In this document: positions 1 through 9,488 of the stretch, piece after piece
How the letters are laid out: every line of letters begins with the position of its first letter
Numbering within the stretch: the stretch's first letter is position 1
Assembly (NCBI GenBank): GCA_965224025.1
Contig: OZ245033.1
Coordinates: forward strand, 4,320,001-4,384,000
Reading direction: 5' to 3'
Length of the DNA: 64,000 bases
Source of the DNA: Candidatus Multivorans sp.
Lineage (GTDB): Bacteria > Acidobacteriota > Thermoanaerobaculia > Multivoradales > Multivoraceae
Notes under the pieces: model-generated
Told to the model about the DNA's origin: nothing
Seen by the model: the letters and a program-made list of their open reading frames with translations, nothing else
The model's database searches: none
Translations under genes and position numbers: made by a program

Positions 1-2
1 AA

Positions 3-2375
3 CTCGCTGAGGGCGTCGCGGGTCCCTACTGCGGCAAGCTGCTCGCCGACCTCGGCGCCGACGTGATCAAGGTCGAGCCGCCGGCCGGCGACCGGGCCCG
101 CCGGGCGACCGGCGGCGACCCGGCGAAAACGCTCGACCCGGAAGGCTCGCCGCTGTTCCTCTACTGCAACACGAGCAAGCGAGGGATCGTCCTCGACCTG
201 GACGACGACGGCGACCGCGAGACGTTCGCCGACCTGCTTGCCAGCGCTTCGGTCCTGATCACCGACCGGGAGCCGTCCGTCGAGGCGCCCGACGACCTGA
301 TCGTCGCCGCGGTGACTCCCTACGGCCTTGCCGGCCCCAGGGCCGCCGCACCGGCCGGGGAGCTGACGCTCACCCACGGCGGCGGTCTCGTCAACCAGAT
401 GCCGGTCCGGTCCCGCGACGTCGACCGCGCGCCGGTCACCCTGGGCGGTCATCAGGCCGGCTACCACGCGGGCCTGGTCGCGGCGCTCGCCGTCGCGTCC
501 CTGCTGTATGGACGCCGCCGCGGCGGCGACGGCGCCAGCGTCGATGTCTCGATCCAGGACGTGATGGTCAGCATGGTGGCGCCGCTCCTCGCCAGCGCCC
601 GCTACCACGAGACGACCTGGTCAAGGGTGCCGGACCGACCGCCCGCCATGGGCCGCCTGCGGACCAGCGACGGCTACGTGATCCTGAACGCCTTCGACGA
701 CCACCACTTCGTGCTCTTCCGCGAACTGATGGGGAACCCCTCCTGGTGCGAAGGCGACGAGTGGAAGGACAGGGCCTACCGCAGCCACCACCTGATGGAA
801 ATCGCACCCCAGGTCGACGCCTGGGCGCTCGAGCAGAAGCGTGACGACCTGTACCACCGCGCCGCCCGCCTGGGCATTCCCGTCGGCCCAATCCACGACG
901 CCGCCGACGTGATGGCCTACCGGCAGTTCGCGGCACGCGACTACTTCGTCGAGGTGGACCACCCGAGCACCGGGCCGAAGCGCTACGCCGGCTGGCCGTA
1001 CCGGATGGGCTCGTCGAAGCCGCGGGTGTCGCGACCGGCGCCGCTCCTGGACGAGCACTCGGCGCAGATCCGGAGCGAATTGAACGGCAACCACGCCGGC
1101 GCGCGGACCACGGTCGCTCCATCGGGCAGCGAGAGCGCAACCGCCACGGACCGGACCGCCCTGCCGCTCGAGGGCATCCGCGTCGCCGAATTCGCCTGGG
1201 TCTGGGCCGGGCCTTACGCCGGCGTCCTGCTGTCGGCGCTCGGCGCCGAAGTGATCAAGGTCGAGGGGCCGAAGCGCCTCGACCTGACCCGCCGCTCCGT
1301 CGTCTGGCCGCGCGCCGAGGAAGCGCCACAGAAGATCGATCCCGACGCGGGCATGGCGTTCAACACGATGAACCTGAACAAGCAGTCGCTGACTCTCGAC
1401 CTGTCGCAGCGGGAAGGCCGCGAACTCGCCCTTCGCCTCGCCGCCGAGTGCGACGTGGTCTACGACAACATGCGCCCAGGGGCGATGGTCAAGCTCGGCC
1501 TGGACTACGAGAACCTGCACCGCGCGAACCCCGGGCTGATCGTCGCGTCCTCATCGGGCCGCGGCCACGGCGGTCCGGAGACCGAGTACCTCGGCTACGC
1601 GATGGTCCACCAGGGCGTCGCCGGCGGCGCGTACATCTCCGGCTACCCGGACGACCATCCCACCCACAGCGGCGGCGACGTCGACCTGATGAACGCGATC
1701 ACGCTCGCCTTCTCCATCGTCGCGGCGCTCCACCACCGCGATCTGACCGGTGAGGGCCAGTTCATCGACTACTCCCAGTGCGAGGGCGTCAGCGCGATCC
1801 TCGGCGAAGTGCTGCTCGAGTACGAGATGACCGGCAAGATCCCCGAACGCGCCGGCAACGCGCACCGCTCCTCCGCGCCACACAGCGTCTACCGCTGCTG
1901 GGGAATCGACCGCTGGCTCGCGATCGAGGTCCACAGCGACGAGGAGTTCGGCCGCCTGGCGGCGACGATGGGCCGGCCGGAGCTGGCGGAGGATCCACGC
2001 TTCGCCACCGCGGCCGCCCGCAAGCAGAACGAAGCCGAACTCGACCGGATCATCGGCGCCTGGACCAGGGAACGGGACCGCGACTGGCTGGCTCGGGAAC
2101 TCCTGGGCGCGGGAGTAGCCGCCGCGCCGTCCCGCGACGCCCGCGACCTCTACGCCGACTCGCATCTTCGAGCCCGCGGCTCCTTCGCCACCGTCGAACA
2201 CCCCGAGTGCGGCGACCTGGAACTCGTCGGGCCGCCCTTCCGCATCGAAGGGCGCGACCTGAGCCCCCGCCGCGCGCCCCTTCTCGGCGAGCACACCGAC
2301 GCCATCCTCGGCGGCCTGCTCGGCCTCTCCGAGGAAGAACTCGCCGACTACCGCCGCCGCGGCGTCGTCGACTGA
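3..2375 (+). CDS. Family III CoA-transferase (CaiB/BaiF), two tandem domains; 5' end lies outside the window
   Basis: Frame open from nt 3 (LAEGVAGPYCGKLLADLGADVIKVEPP). Second domain PLEGIRVAEFAWVWAGPY...LGAEVIKVE. Both domains end in APLLxEH. Confidence 0.93.
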   Translation, partial: LAEGVAGPYCGKLLADLGADVIKVEPPAGDRARRATGGDPAKTLDPEGSPLFLYCNTSKRGIVLDLDDDGDRETFADLLASASVLITDREPSVEAPDDLIVAAVTPYGLAGPRAAAPAGELTLTHGGGLVNQMPVRSRDVDRAPVTLGGHQAGYHAGLVAALAVASLLYGRRRGGDGASVDVSIQDVMVSMVAPLLASARYHETTWSRVPDRPPAMGRLRTSDGYVILNAFDDHHFVLFRELMGNPSWCEGDEWKDRAYRSHHLMEIAPQVDAWALEQKRDDLYHRAARLGIPVGPIHDAADVMAYRQFAARDYFVEVDHPSTGPKRYAGWPYRMGSSKPRVSRPAPLLDEHSAQIRSELNGNHAGARTTVAPSGSESATATDRTALPLEGIRVAEFAWVWAGPYAGVLLSALGAEVIKVEGPKRLDLTRRSVVWPRAEEAPQKIDPDAGMAFNTMNLNKQSLTLDLSQREGRELALRLAAECDVVYDNMRPGAMVKLGLDYENLHRANPGLIVASSSGRGHGGPETEYLGYAMVHQGVAGGAYISGYPDDHPTHSGGDVDLMNAITLAFSIVAALHHRDLTGEGQFIDYSQCEGVSAILGEVLLEYEMTGKIPERAGNAHRSSAPHSVYRCWGIDRWLAIEVHSDEEFGRLAATMGRPELAEDPRFATAAARKQNEAELDRIIGAWTRERDRDWLARELLGAGVAAAPSRDARDLYADSHLRARGSFATVEHPECGDLELVGPPFRIEGRDLSPRRAPLLGEHTDAILGGLLGLSEEELADYRRRGVVD

Positions 2376-2625
2376 CGCGTTGCCTGCCCGTACCTGCACT
2401 GGTGCTCTAAGGCACTGACTCTCCACTGGGCGTCCAACGCGGCAAAGCAGCCAGGGCACGGGTCCCAGCTAGGTGCTCGAAGCACAGTGCGCCGGTGGTC
2501 GCTCCTGGCTGCTTGCCGACTTTCCTTCAGTGACTCCGGCAGGCCGGAGACGCAACCGACCGGCGGTCTCGGCGCTACACTCACCCCCCACTATCCAGCA
2601 TCCCCATTCGCCAAGGGAGGTCCCT

Positions 2626-3600
2626 GTGACTCGACTCCGCCGAACTTCGCGCACGGCCGCGATCGCCGCCGCCTGCATCGCCGCAGCACTGCTCCTCGCC
2701 GCCCCCGTCCTTGCCCAGGACGGCGACTCCGTCACCGTCGACATCATGAGCAAGTACCGCGTGGCACCGAACATCACATACCTCACGGCCTCCGGCTACG
2801 AGTCCAAGCTCGACGTAATGACGCCCCGGGGCCAGGATCCGGCGCCGACCCTGATCTACATCCATGGTGGCGGCTGGGTCGGCGGCACGAAGGAAGCGAG
2901 CGTTCTGCGCGCGCTCCCCTACCTGGAGATGGGATGGGCGGTCGTCAACGTCGAGTACCGCATGGCCCGCAACGAACTTGCGCCCGGCGCCGTCGAGGAC
3001 TGCCGCTGCGCACTGCGCTGGGTCTACGAGAACGCCGAGGACTACAACATCGACACGAGCCGGCTCGTCGTCACCGGCGCCTCGGCCGGCGGCCACCTGT
3101 CGCTGACCACGGGTATGCTGCCGGCCTCTGCCGGCCTGGACCGGCTCTGTCCCGGCAACGACGCCAGCCGCCCCGGCTGGGCCGCGGCGGACGAGTACGG
3201 GATGCCGGTGGCGGCGATCGTCAACTGGTTCGGGATCACCGACGTGGGCGACCTGCTCGAAGGCGTGAACGCGAAGAGCTACGCCGTCGCCTGGGTGGGC
3301 TCCGAGCCCAACCGCATGGAACTCGCCAAGCGATTGTCTCCGATGACCTACGTCCGTTCCGGCCTGCCGCCCATCCTGACGATCCACGGCGACGTGGACA
3401 ACATCGTCCCCTACCAGCACGCCCTCGATCTGCACGCCAAGCTCGACGAGGCGGGTGTTGTGAACAAGATCCACACCGTGCCCGGCAAGGGCCACGGCAA
3501 CTTCAGCCCCGACGAGCAGCAGGAGATCTTCCGGGTCATCCGCGCCTTCCTCGACGAGCACGTGACCGGCGGAGGCGGCGCAAGCACCGGCGCCGAGTAG
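2626..3600 (+). CDS. Secreted alpha/beta hydrolase (HSL/BD-FAE-like esterase)
   Basis: HGGGW, GASAGG nucleophile motif, HGDxD and terminal GH; signal peptide ...VLA|QDG; GGGAGG RBS before GTG 2626. Confidence 0.88.
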   Translation: MTRLRRTSRTAAIAAACIAAALLLAAPVLAQDGDSVTVDIMSKYRVAPNITYLTASGYESKLDVMTPRGQDPAPTLIYIHGGGWVGGTKEASVLRALPYLEMGWAVVNVEYRMARNELAPGAVEDCRCALRWVYENAEDYNIDTSRLVVTGASAGGHLSLTTGMLPASAGLDRLCPGNDASRPGWAAADEYGMPVAAIVNWFGITDVGDLLEGVNAKSYAVAWVGSEPNRMELAKRLSPMTYVRSGLPPILTIHGDVDNIVPYQHALDLHAKLDEAGVVNKIHTVPGKGHGNFSPDEQQEIFRVIRAFLDEHVTGGGGASTGAE

Positions 3601-3611
3601 CGTCCGCCACT

Positions 3612-3681
3612 GCGTGCGCCGGCCTTCTGGCCGGCCTTCGGCACTGGGCACAGGTGCGCCGGCGTCCCCGCCGGCATCCGG
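3612..3681. repeat. Two GC-rich REP-like hairpins
   Basis: GTGCGCCGGCCTTCTGGCCGGC and GTGCGCCGGCGTCCCCGCCGGCATCC, similar to the reverse complement of the window's REP core. Confidence 0.5.
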
Positions 3682-3693
3682 TGAGAACCACAC

Positions 3694-5109
3694 GTGACCT
3701 CCAACCCCGCATCCGGCGCCCCGGACTTCTGCACCCGGACCGCCGTCGATCTCGCCACGCTGATAGCGAACGGCGATGTCTCCGCGGTCGAAGTGCTCGA
3801 CGCCCACCTCGCCTGGATCGACCAGCGCAACCCCGAACTCAACGCGATCTGCACCCTCGACCGCGACCGGGCGCGTGCCGAGGCCCAAGCCGCCGACGAC
3901 CTGCGGCGCACGGCCCCGGACGAAGCCGCCGCCAAGCCGCTGCTCGGCTTGCCGACCGCGGTCAAGGACCTCGTCCCCACGAAGGGCATCCGCACCACCT
4001 TCGGCTCGCCGATCTTCGCGGACAACGTCCCCGACGTCGACGCCCTGATCGTCGAGCGGATGCGCGAAGCCGGCGCGATCGTCATCGGCAAGACGAACAC
4101 ACCGGAGTTCGGCGCCGGGTCGCAGACCTTCAACCTGGTCTTCGGCAAGACCCGCAACCCCTGGGACCCGAGCCGCACCTGCGGCGGTTCCAGCGGCGGT
4201 GCGGCAGCCGCGCTTGCGAGCGGCATGCTGCCGATAGCCGACGGCAGCGACCTCGGGGGGTCGCTGCGCAACCCGGCCAGCTTCTGCGGCGTGGTCGGCT
4301 TCCGGCCTACGCCCGGCCGCGTCCCCCGGGTCCCCCCCGAGCAGGGCTGGGACGACCTCGCCGTGCTCGGGCCGATGGGACGGACCGTCGCCGATGCGGC
4401 GCTGCTGTTCTCCGTCATCGCGGGGCCTGACCCGCGCGACCCGATCTCACTCGGTCCGCCGGCCACACCCTTCCACCCGGTCGAGCCCGCCGATCTCCGC
4501 GGCCTCCGGCTCGCCTGGACGCCAAACCTGGGGCTATACCCCGTCGAACGTGAAGTCGTCGCGGTCTGCGAAGCCGCCCTGCCGGTGTTCCGGGATCTGG
4601 GCACCGATGTCGAGGAAGCCGCGCCCGACCTCTCATGCGCCGACGCCATCTTCCGCACCCTGCGCGCCAGCCTGTTCGCCGACAAGCTGGCGCCCCTGTA
4701 CCCGCAACACCGCGGCCAGATGAAGGACACCGTGATCGAGGAGATCGAACGCGGTCTGGCGCTCACGGGACCGGGCGTCACGTCAGCCCAGGCTGAACGC
4801 ACCCACATCCACTGCCGCGTCGTCGAGTTCTTCGAGCGCTACGACGCCCTGCTCATGCCGACCGTCCAGGTGCTGCCCTTCGACGTCGACCAGCCCTACC
4901 CCACGCAGGTCGACGGACAGCCGATGGCGACCTACACCGACTGGATGGCCTCCTGCTACTCGATCACCGTGACGGGCTGCCCGGCCATCTCTGTGCCGTG
5001 CGGCGCCGCGTCCGACCTGCCGGTGGGCCTCCAGATAGTCACGCCGCGAGCGAGCGACCGCCTGACGCTCGCGATTGCCGCCGCGTTCGAGTCCGCGAAG
5101 GCGGCCTGA
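3694..5109 (+). CDS. Amidase (amidase-signature family)
   Basis: GLPTAVKD, GKTNTPEFG, GGSSGGAAAA, GSDLGGSLRNPAS. Confidence 0.95.
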   Translation: MTSNPASGAPDFCTRTAVDLATLIANGDVSAVEVLDAHLAWIDQRNPELNAICTLDRDRARAEAQAADDLRRTAPDEAAAKPLLGLPTAVKDLVPTKGIRTTFGSPIFADNVPDVDALIVERMREAGAIVIGKTNTPEFGAGSQTFNLVFGKTRNPWDPSRTCGGSSGGAAAALASGMLPIADGSDLGGSLRNPASFCGVVGFRPTPGRVPRVPPEQGWDDLAVLGPMGRTVADAALLFSVIAGPDPRDPISLGPPATPFHPVEPADLRGLRLAWTPNLGLYPVEREVVAVCEAALPVFRDLGTDVEEAAPDLSCADAIFRTLRASLFADKLAPLYPQHRGQMKDTVIEEIERGLALTGPGVTSAQAERTHIHCRVVEFFERYDALLMPTVQVLPFDVDQPYPTQVDGQPMATYTDWMASCYSITVTGCPAISVPCGAASDLPVGLQIVTPRASDRLTLAIAAAFESAKAA

Positions 5110-5128
5110 AGGTCCGTCGACGAAGCGC

Positions 5129-5869
5129 TCAGCGGCGGGCGGACCCGCAGTCGATCCGCCGCGCCAAGTCGACCGGCAACCGTTCCCGGAACGCGGCCGC
5201 CAACTCCGCGCTGCGGGCGCACAGGAGGCCCAGCGTCTCCACCAAGGTGCCTTCGTAGAGTTCCGGCAGCGGCGCCGAAAAGTCCCACCGGAAGTCCACG
5301 TGCGATTCCTCCCCGGGGCCGACGTACTCAAGCCACACGTTGCGCATGGAAGACGCCGCACGGCCCGCCATGGCAACGTCACCCGACCGGCAGGCATCAG
5401 CCTCGTCCGAACGACGGTGGGGGCCGCAGCTCCTGAACGTCCAGCCTTCCCTTGGCGCTCCTCCCTCCACCAGGGACAAACGCGGTCCGCATGCCTCGGG
5501 CGCGTTTGCAAGGAGATCCTCGTTCCCCCAGAGTCGATCCAGCGCTTCGATGTCCGACATCCGGAAGGACAGGCACGCGGTCGCGCCACGCCAGTTGGTG
5601 GAGTAGCTCGCGCTTCCGTCCTCGTCGACCAGGAGCCCGACCTCGACCGGACTCCGGTCGACCGGAGCGACCTTCAATGTCAGCCGCGTCCCGCGGGAAC
5701 GGTAGTGGTAGCCCTGCTCGTCGTCGAAACAACGGAGGGGCTCCCGCCAGTTGAACTTCCACGGGGTCAACGCGTAGCTGCAGCCACTAAGCAGGAGCAC
5801 GACGGCCAAGGCCGCCAAGAGGCGAACGACCTCGGACCGTGCCGCCGCTCTGCTGCGCCGCGGCCTCAA
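5129..5869 (-). CDS. Cys-rich hypothetical lipoprotein L1
   Basis: Lipobox LLLSG-C. TTG start overlaps the L2 stop (TTGA). C-terminal WDFSAPLP...LLC...LP...C is shared with L2 and L3. Confidence 0.75.
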   Translation of the reverse strand: MRPRRSRAAARSEVVRLLAALAVVLLLSGCSYALTPWKFNWREPLRCFDDEQGYHYRSRGTRLTLKVAPVDRSPVEVGLLVDEDGSASYSTNWRGATACLSFRMSDIEALDRLWGNEDLLANAPEACGPRLSLVEGGAPREGWTFRSCGPHRRSDEADACRSGDVAMAGRAASSMRNVWLEYVGPGEESHVDFRWDFSAPLPELYEGTLVETLGLLCARSAELAAAFRERLPVDLARRIDCGSARR

Positions 5870-6531
5870 GGCTCACCGTTCGCGCAGCCCGCTCTGGCCG
5901 CAAGCTCCGGCAGACTCCCCTTGAGGATCCTCCGGAGTTTCGTGCTCTCGCCGCAAAGCAGTCCCAGCATGCCTGTCACGGACTCTTCGAGTTCCCCAGG
6001 CAGTTGCGACTCCAGGTCCCAGAACAGCGCGACCGGGCCGTCTTCGGCATAGTAGGTCATGTCCAGGTAGGGGAGGTAGGCGGAGGCGCGCCGTCTCCGC
6101 TCGACTCGCGCTGCGCGGCAAGCATCCGGGTAGCCCCAGGGTCGATAACCGTAGCCGGCGGCGCACAGTGGTCGGGCCCTCTCGCCCGCCGAACTCGTCC
6201 AGAGACCCTCCAGAGCGCCGAGTCGTTCCTCGCCAACTCGCCGGCAAACCGTCAGTTCGCCATGCCCTTCCGTGTACTCCCACCAGCCGGCAGAGTCGAT
6301 CGTCAGCTCACGGTGCTCCGTGTAGGTCTGTGGATCGCTCCAAGGCCAGAGCGTGTACGAATACTGCAGGTTCAAGTCCAGACGGAGCAGTCCGGTCGCA
6401 TCTACGCCGAGACCCGGCGCCAGACACTGCGGATCCACATAGGAGCAGCCGCTCGCCAGCAGAGAAACCGCGAGCGTCGCCAGGGTCGGCCAATGGCAGC
6501 CGGGGTCCTCTTCTCCGCCGCTGAACCTCAC
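5866..6531 (-). CDS. Cys-rich hypothetical lipoprotein L2 (start uncertain)
   Basis: Lipobox LLASG-C; DPQCL; WDLESQLP...LLC...LPELA...C. Confidence 0.75.
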   Translation of the reverse strand: MRFSGGEEDPGCHWPTLATLAVSLLASGCSYVDPQCLAPGLGVDATGLLRLDLNLQYSYTLWPWSDPQTYTEHRELTIDSAGWWEYTEGHGELTVCRRVGEERLGALEGLWTSSAGERARPLCAAGYGYRPWGYPDACRAARVERRRRASAYLPYLDMTYYAEDGPVALFWDLESQLPGELEESVTGMLGLLCGESTKLRRILKGSLPELAARAGCANGEP

Positions 6532-6593
6532 GGGCCGAGCCTCTCGACGACCCGGCGGCAAGCGCCGGACGCCGCGTCCCGTAGACTCCCGGT

Positions 6594-9488
6594 ATGTCCC
6601 GTCGAGCAAGGGCGTTGCCGTTGGACACGTTCCCCCGAACGCTCCCGGGACTCGCCCTGGCCGGGCTCGCCGGACTCGCCGCCGGCGCGCTGCTGGCCCA
6701 ACCCACCGACTCGCCCAACACGATCACCGGCACCGTTGTCGACGAACGCGCTCCCGTCGGCGACATCGAGGTTGTTCTGCGACCCCATCCGAGCGCGTTC
6801 GAAGCGGATCTGTACGTTCTCGGCCATTCGGACGCACTGCCCGAGGCCGTCGACCGGGTCCGCTCCGACGCGGACGGGGCGTTCTCCCTCTCGGCGCCTG
6901 CGGCCGGTCCCTACCGGCTGGAGTTCGGGCGCTCAGCGCCCCCGAACGAGCCAGGCGACGCCATGCCGCTGACATACGGCGAACTGCTCCCGCTCAAGGG
7001 CGCCAAGGTGACGAACACGATCGACGTGCCCGATCGCCATCTCGTCGCCGTCCGGGTGCTCGATAGGGACGATCAGCCGATCGAGGGAGCACTGGTCGTG
7101 GCAAGCCCCACCGTCTGGGTATCGCCTCGCACCCTTGGCGTTCTGACCCGGATCGCCCGCGAAGAGAGTTCGGGAAACTACTCACGCCCGTCGGTTCAGT
7201 TGATCCTGCCCACCCACCATCCGTCCTCGTCGCGCACCGACGCCGAAGGAATCGCCCGTATCGCCATGCCGACCGCCGACGCCACCGTCGTCGTCTCGGC
7301 GAGCGGATTCGTCCTCGGCAAGGGCAAGACGCGATCCGGCCGTGCCGCGCTGCGACTGGAGCGAGACCCCGGTGTTCGAATCCGCGTCCGCGGTCCAACC
7401 GGCGCACCCGCTCCCGGTGTGCTCATCCGGACCGCCAGCGCCCGCGACCGGATGATGAACGACGGCACACCCACCGCCCTCAGGACGCTCGGCACTCCGG
7501 GCGCCCTCGGCGGCTCCGACACGCCTTTGGCCATCACCGACGAGAACGGAGAAGCAGTGATTGGCCGCACGCCCGGCGCGGAGACCGCCCTGGAAGTCGA
7601 AGCAGCGGACGGTGCTTTCGCCCAGGTGTCGCTGCCGGAGGCGAATCCGGCCGACCCGCGGGAACGCCAGCACATCCTCGACGTGCAACTCGAAGATGCC
7701 CTCCGGATTCCAGGCCGGATCGTCGACGCGGCGTCCGGTCTGCCAATCCACAGCGCGGCAATCTGGGTCCGGTCGTTCCCCGGCCACCACGCTTTCAGCG
7801 ACTCCACCGGCGCCTTCGACATGAGCACCCGGCCCGCTCCTGATCGCACTACGACCCGGGGCTTCCATCGATGGCCGCGTCCTCGACAACGGCGGCAATG
7901 GCGTTGCCGGCGTTCCAGTCTTCCTTTGGGTGGAACCCGACTTCAGCAGCAACGTCGACCCGCGCCTGTGGGACGCCGTTGACATGTTCCCCGAGCAAGT
8001 CACGGACAAGGACGGCCGGTTCCGCTACGACGGCCTCGCGGCCGGCACCTGGTCGGCCGAGGCCACAAAGGGAGCGGAGGGGGCGAAGCTCGACGAGATC
8101 GAGTTGACTCCTGGCGGAGAACAGCGGATCGAACTCGTGCTGCGGACCAGAGATCGGCTGACCGTCATCGTCGCGACCGAGGTCGGCGAGCCGGTGGCCG
8201 ACGCACGGATTCGCCTGGAAACACAGGGCGAGCGTTTCTCAACCGGCTACGGGCGAACGGACGGCAGCGGACGGGACGTGATCGACGTCACGCCCGGTAC
8301 CGTGACGGTCAATGTCAACCACGAGACACTCCGCGACGAGTCGCGGCAAGTGCGGCTCGATCCGGGCGACAACGAGGTTCGATTCCAGCTTCGGCCCGGC
8401 GCGGAGGTCAGCGGCACGGTCCGCTCGTACCAGGGCGCCCCTCTGGCCCTGGCGACCGTGGAGGCCGAAGCGGACTACTCCTCCGGTGGGGAGTTCCACC
8501 GCACGAACACCGTCTCCGACCAGAGCGGCGCCTTTCGCGTCACCGGACTCGAACCCCGCCGCTACATCCTCACGGCACGCGCACCCGGCTATGCGGACGG
8601 CGGTCCGGAAGAGCCGATCGAGATCGGCGACGAGGCCGTCGGAGGCATCGAGATCGTGCCGGAGCCGGAAGCCTTGATCGTCGGCGTCGTGACCGGGCTG
8701 TCGCCGTCCGTTCTGAACCAGGTGCGGGTCTCCGCGTGGAAGGGCCCCCGCTTCCGCGACGCCACGCGGGACACCGAGGGCAACTTCTCGATACAGGGAA
8801 TCGGCCCGGGGACATGGCACGTCGAAGCGACCAAGGGCGACTGGGAGCGGACGGTCGAACGGACCGTGACGGTCGAGCGCGGTGTGACCGAGGTCTTCGT
8901 CGAACTGCCTTTCGAGCGCGGCCTGCGCCTGTCCGGGCAAGTGGTTGAAGGCGGTGCACCGCTTGGCGGCGCAATCCTGTACGTGGGCGACGTGTCCGCC
9001 GAGGCCGACTACCAAGGCCGCTTCGCCCTCGAGGGACTCACCCCCGGCCCGAATCAGGTGGTCATCTATCGGCCGGACTTGAGCTCGCAGCACCAATCAA
9101 TCGATCTACAGACCGACCTGGAAGCGTCCGCATCGAACTGGAACCGGCTACGGCCACCGTCGCCGGCGTCGTCGTCGACGCCGAGACCGGCCAGCCGCTC
9201 GACTACGCCGACCTGATGGCCGCCGACGCCGCGACGATCGGCGCTATCGCGGCGGGAGGGAGCGGTAGCGGCCCACTCGTCGGGGTCAGTTCCGTTTTCA
9301 GTGAAGCCGCAGGCCGGTTCACGCTCGAGCTGCGCGCGAACGCCGACCGCTTGTGGGTCACCCACGACGGGTACGAGAGTGCTCAGATTCCTCTGAGCAT
9401 TGCGCCGGGTGAGCACGTGGAAGGGCTGGTGATCCGGCTGCAGACGGCACCGGTCGAACATGAGACGACCCGCCAGTCCATCCCCTAG
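6594..9488 (+). pseudogene. Carboxypeptidase-regulatory-like repeat protein, copy A (disrupted)
   Basis: Signal peptide and GxVVD...P...A...TD..G.F repeats in ORFs 6594-7982, 7930-9216 and 9216-9488. About 0.9 kb is missing near 7848 relative to copy B; -1 G near 9123 (GAAGCGTC vs GAAGGCGTC in B). Confidence 0.85.

Noticed and set aside
2505-2535. RNase P or SRP RNA (GAAGGAAAGTC on the minus strand)
   Set aside because: Only a partial motif match; the gap is too short for RNase P and the SRP loop motif is absent.
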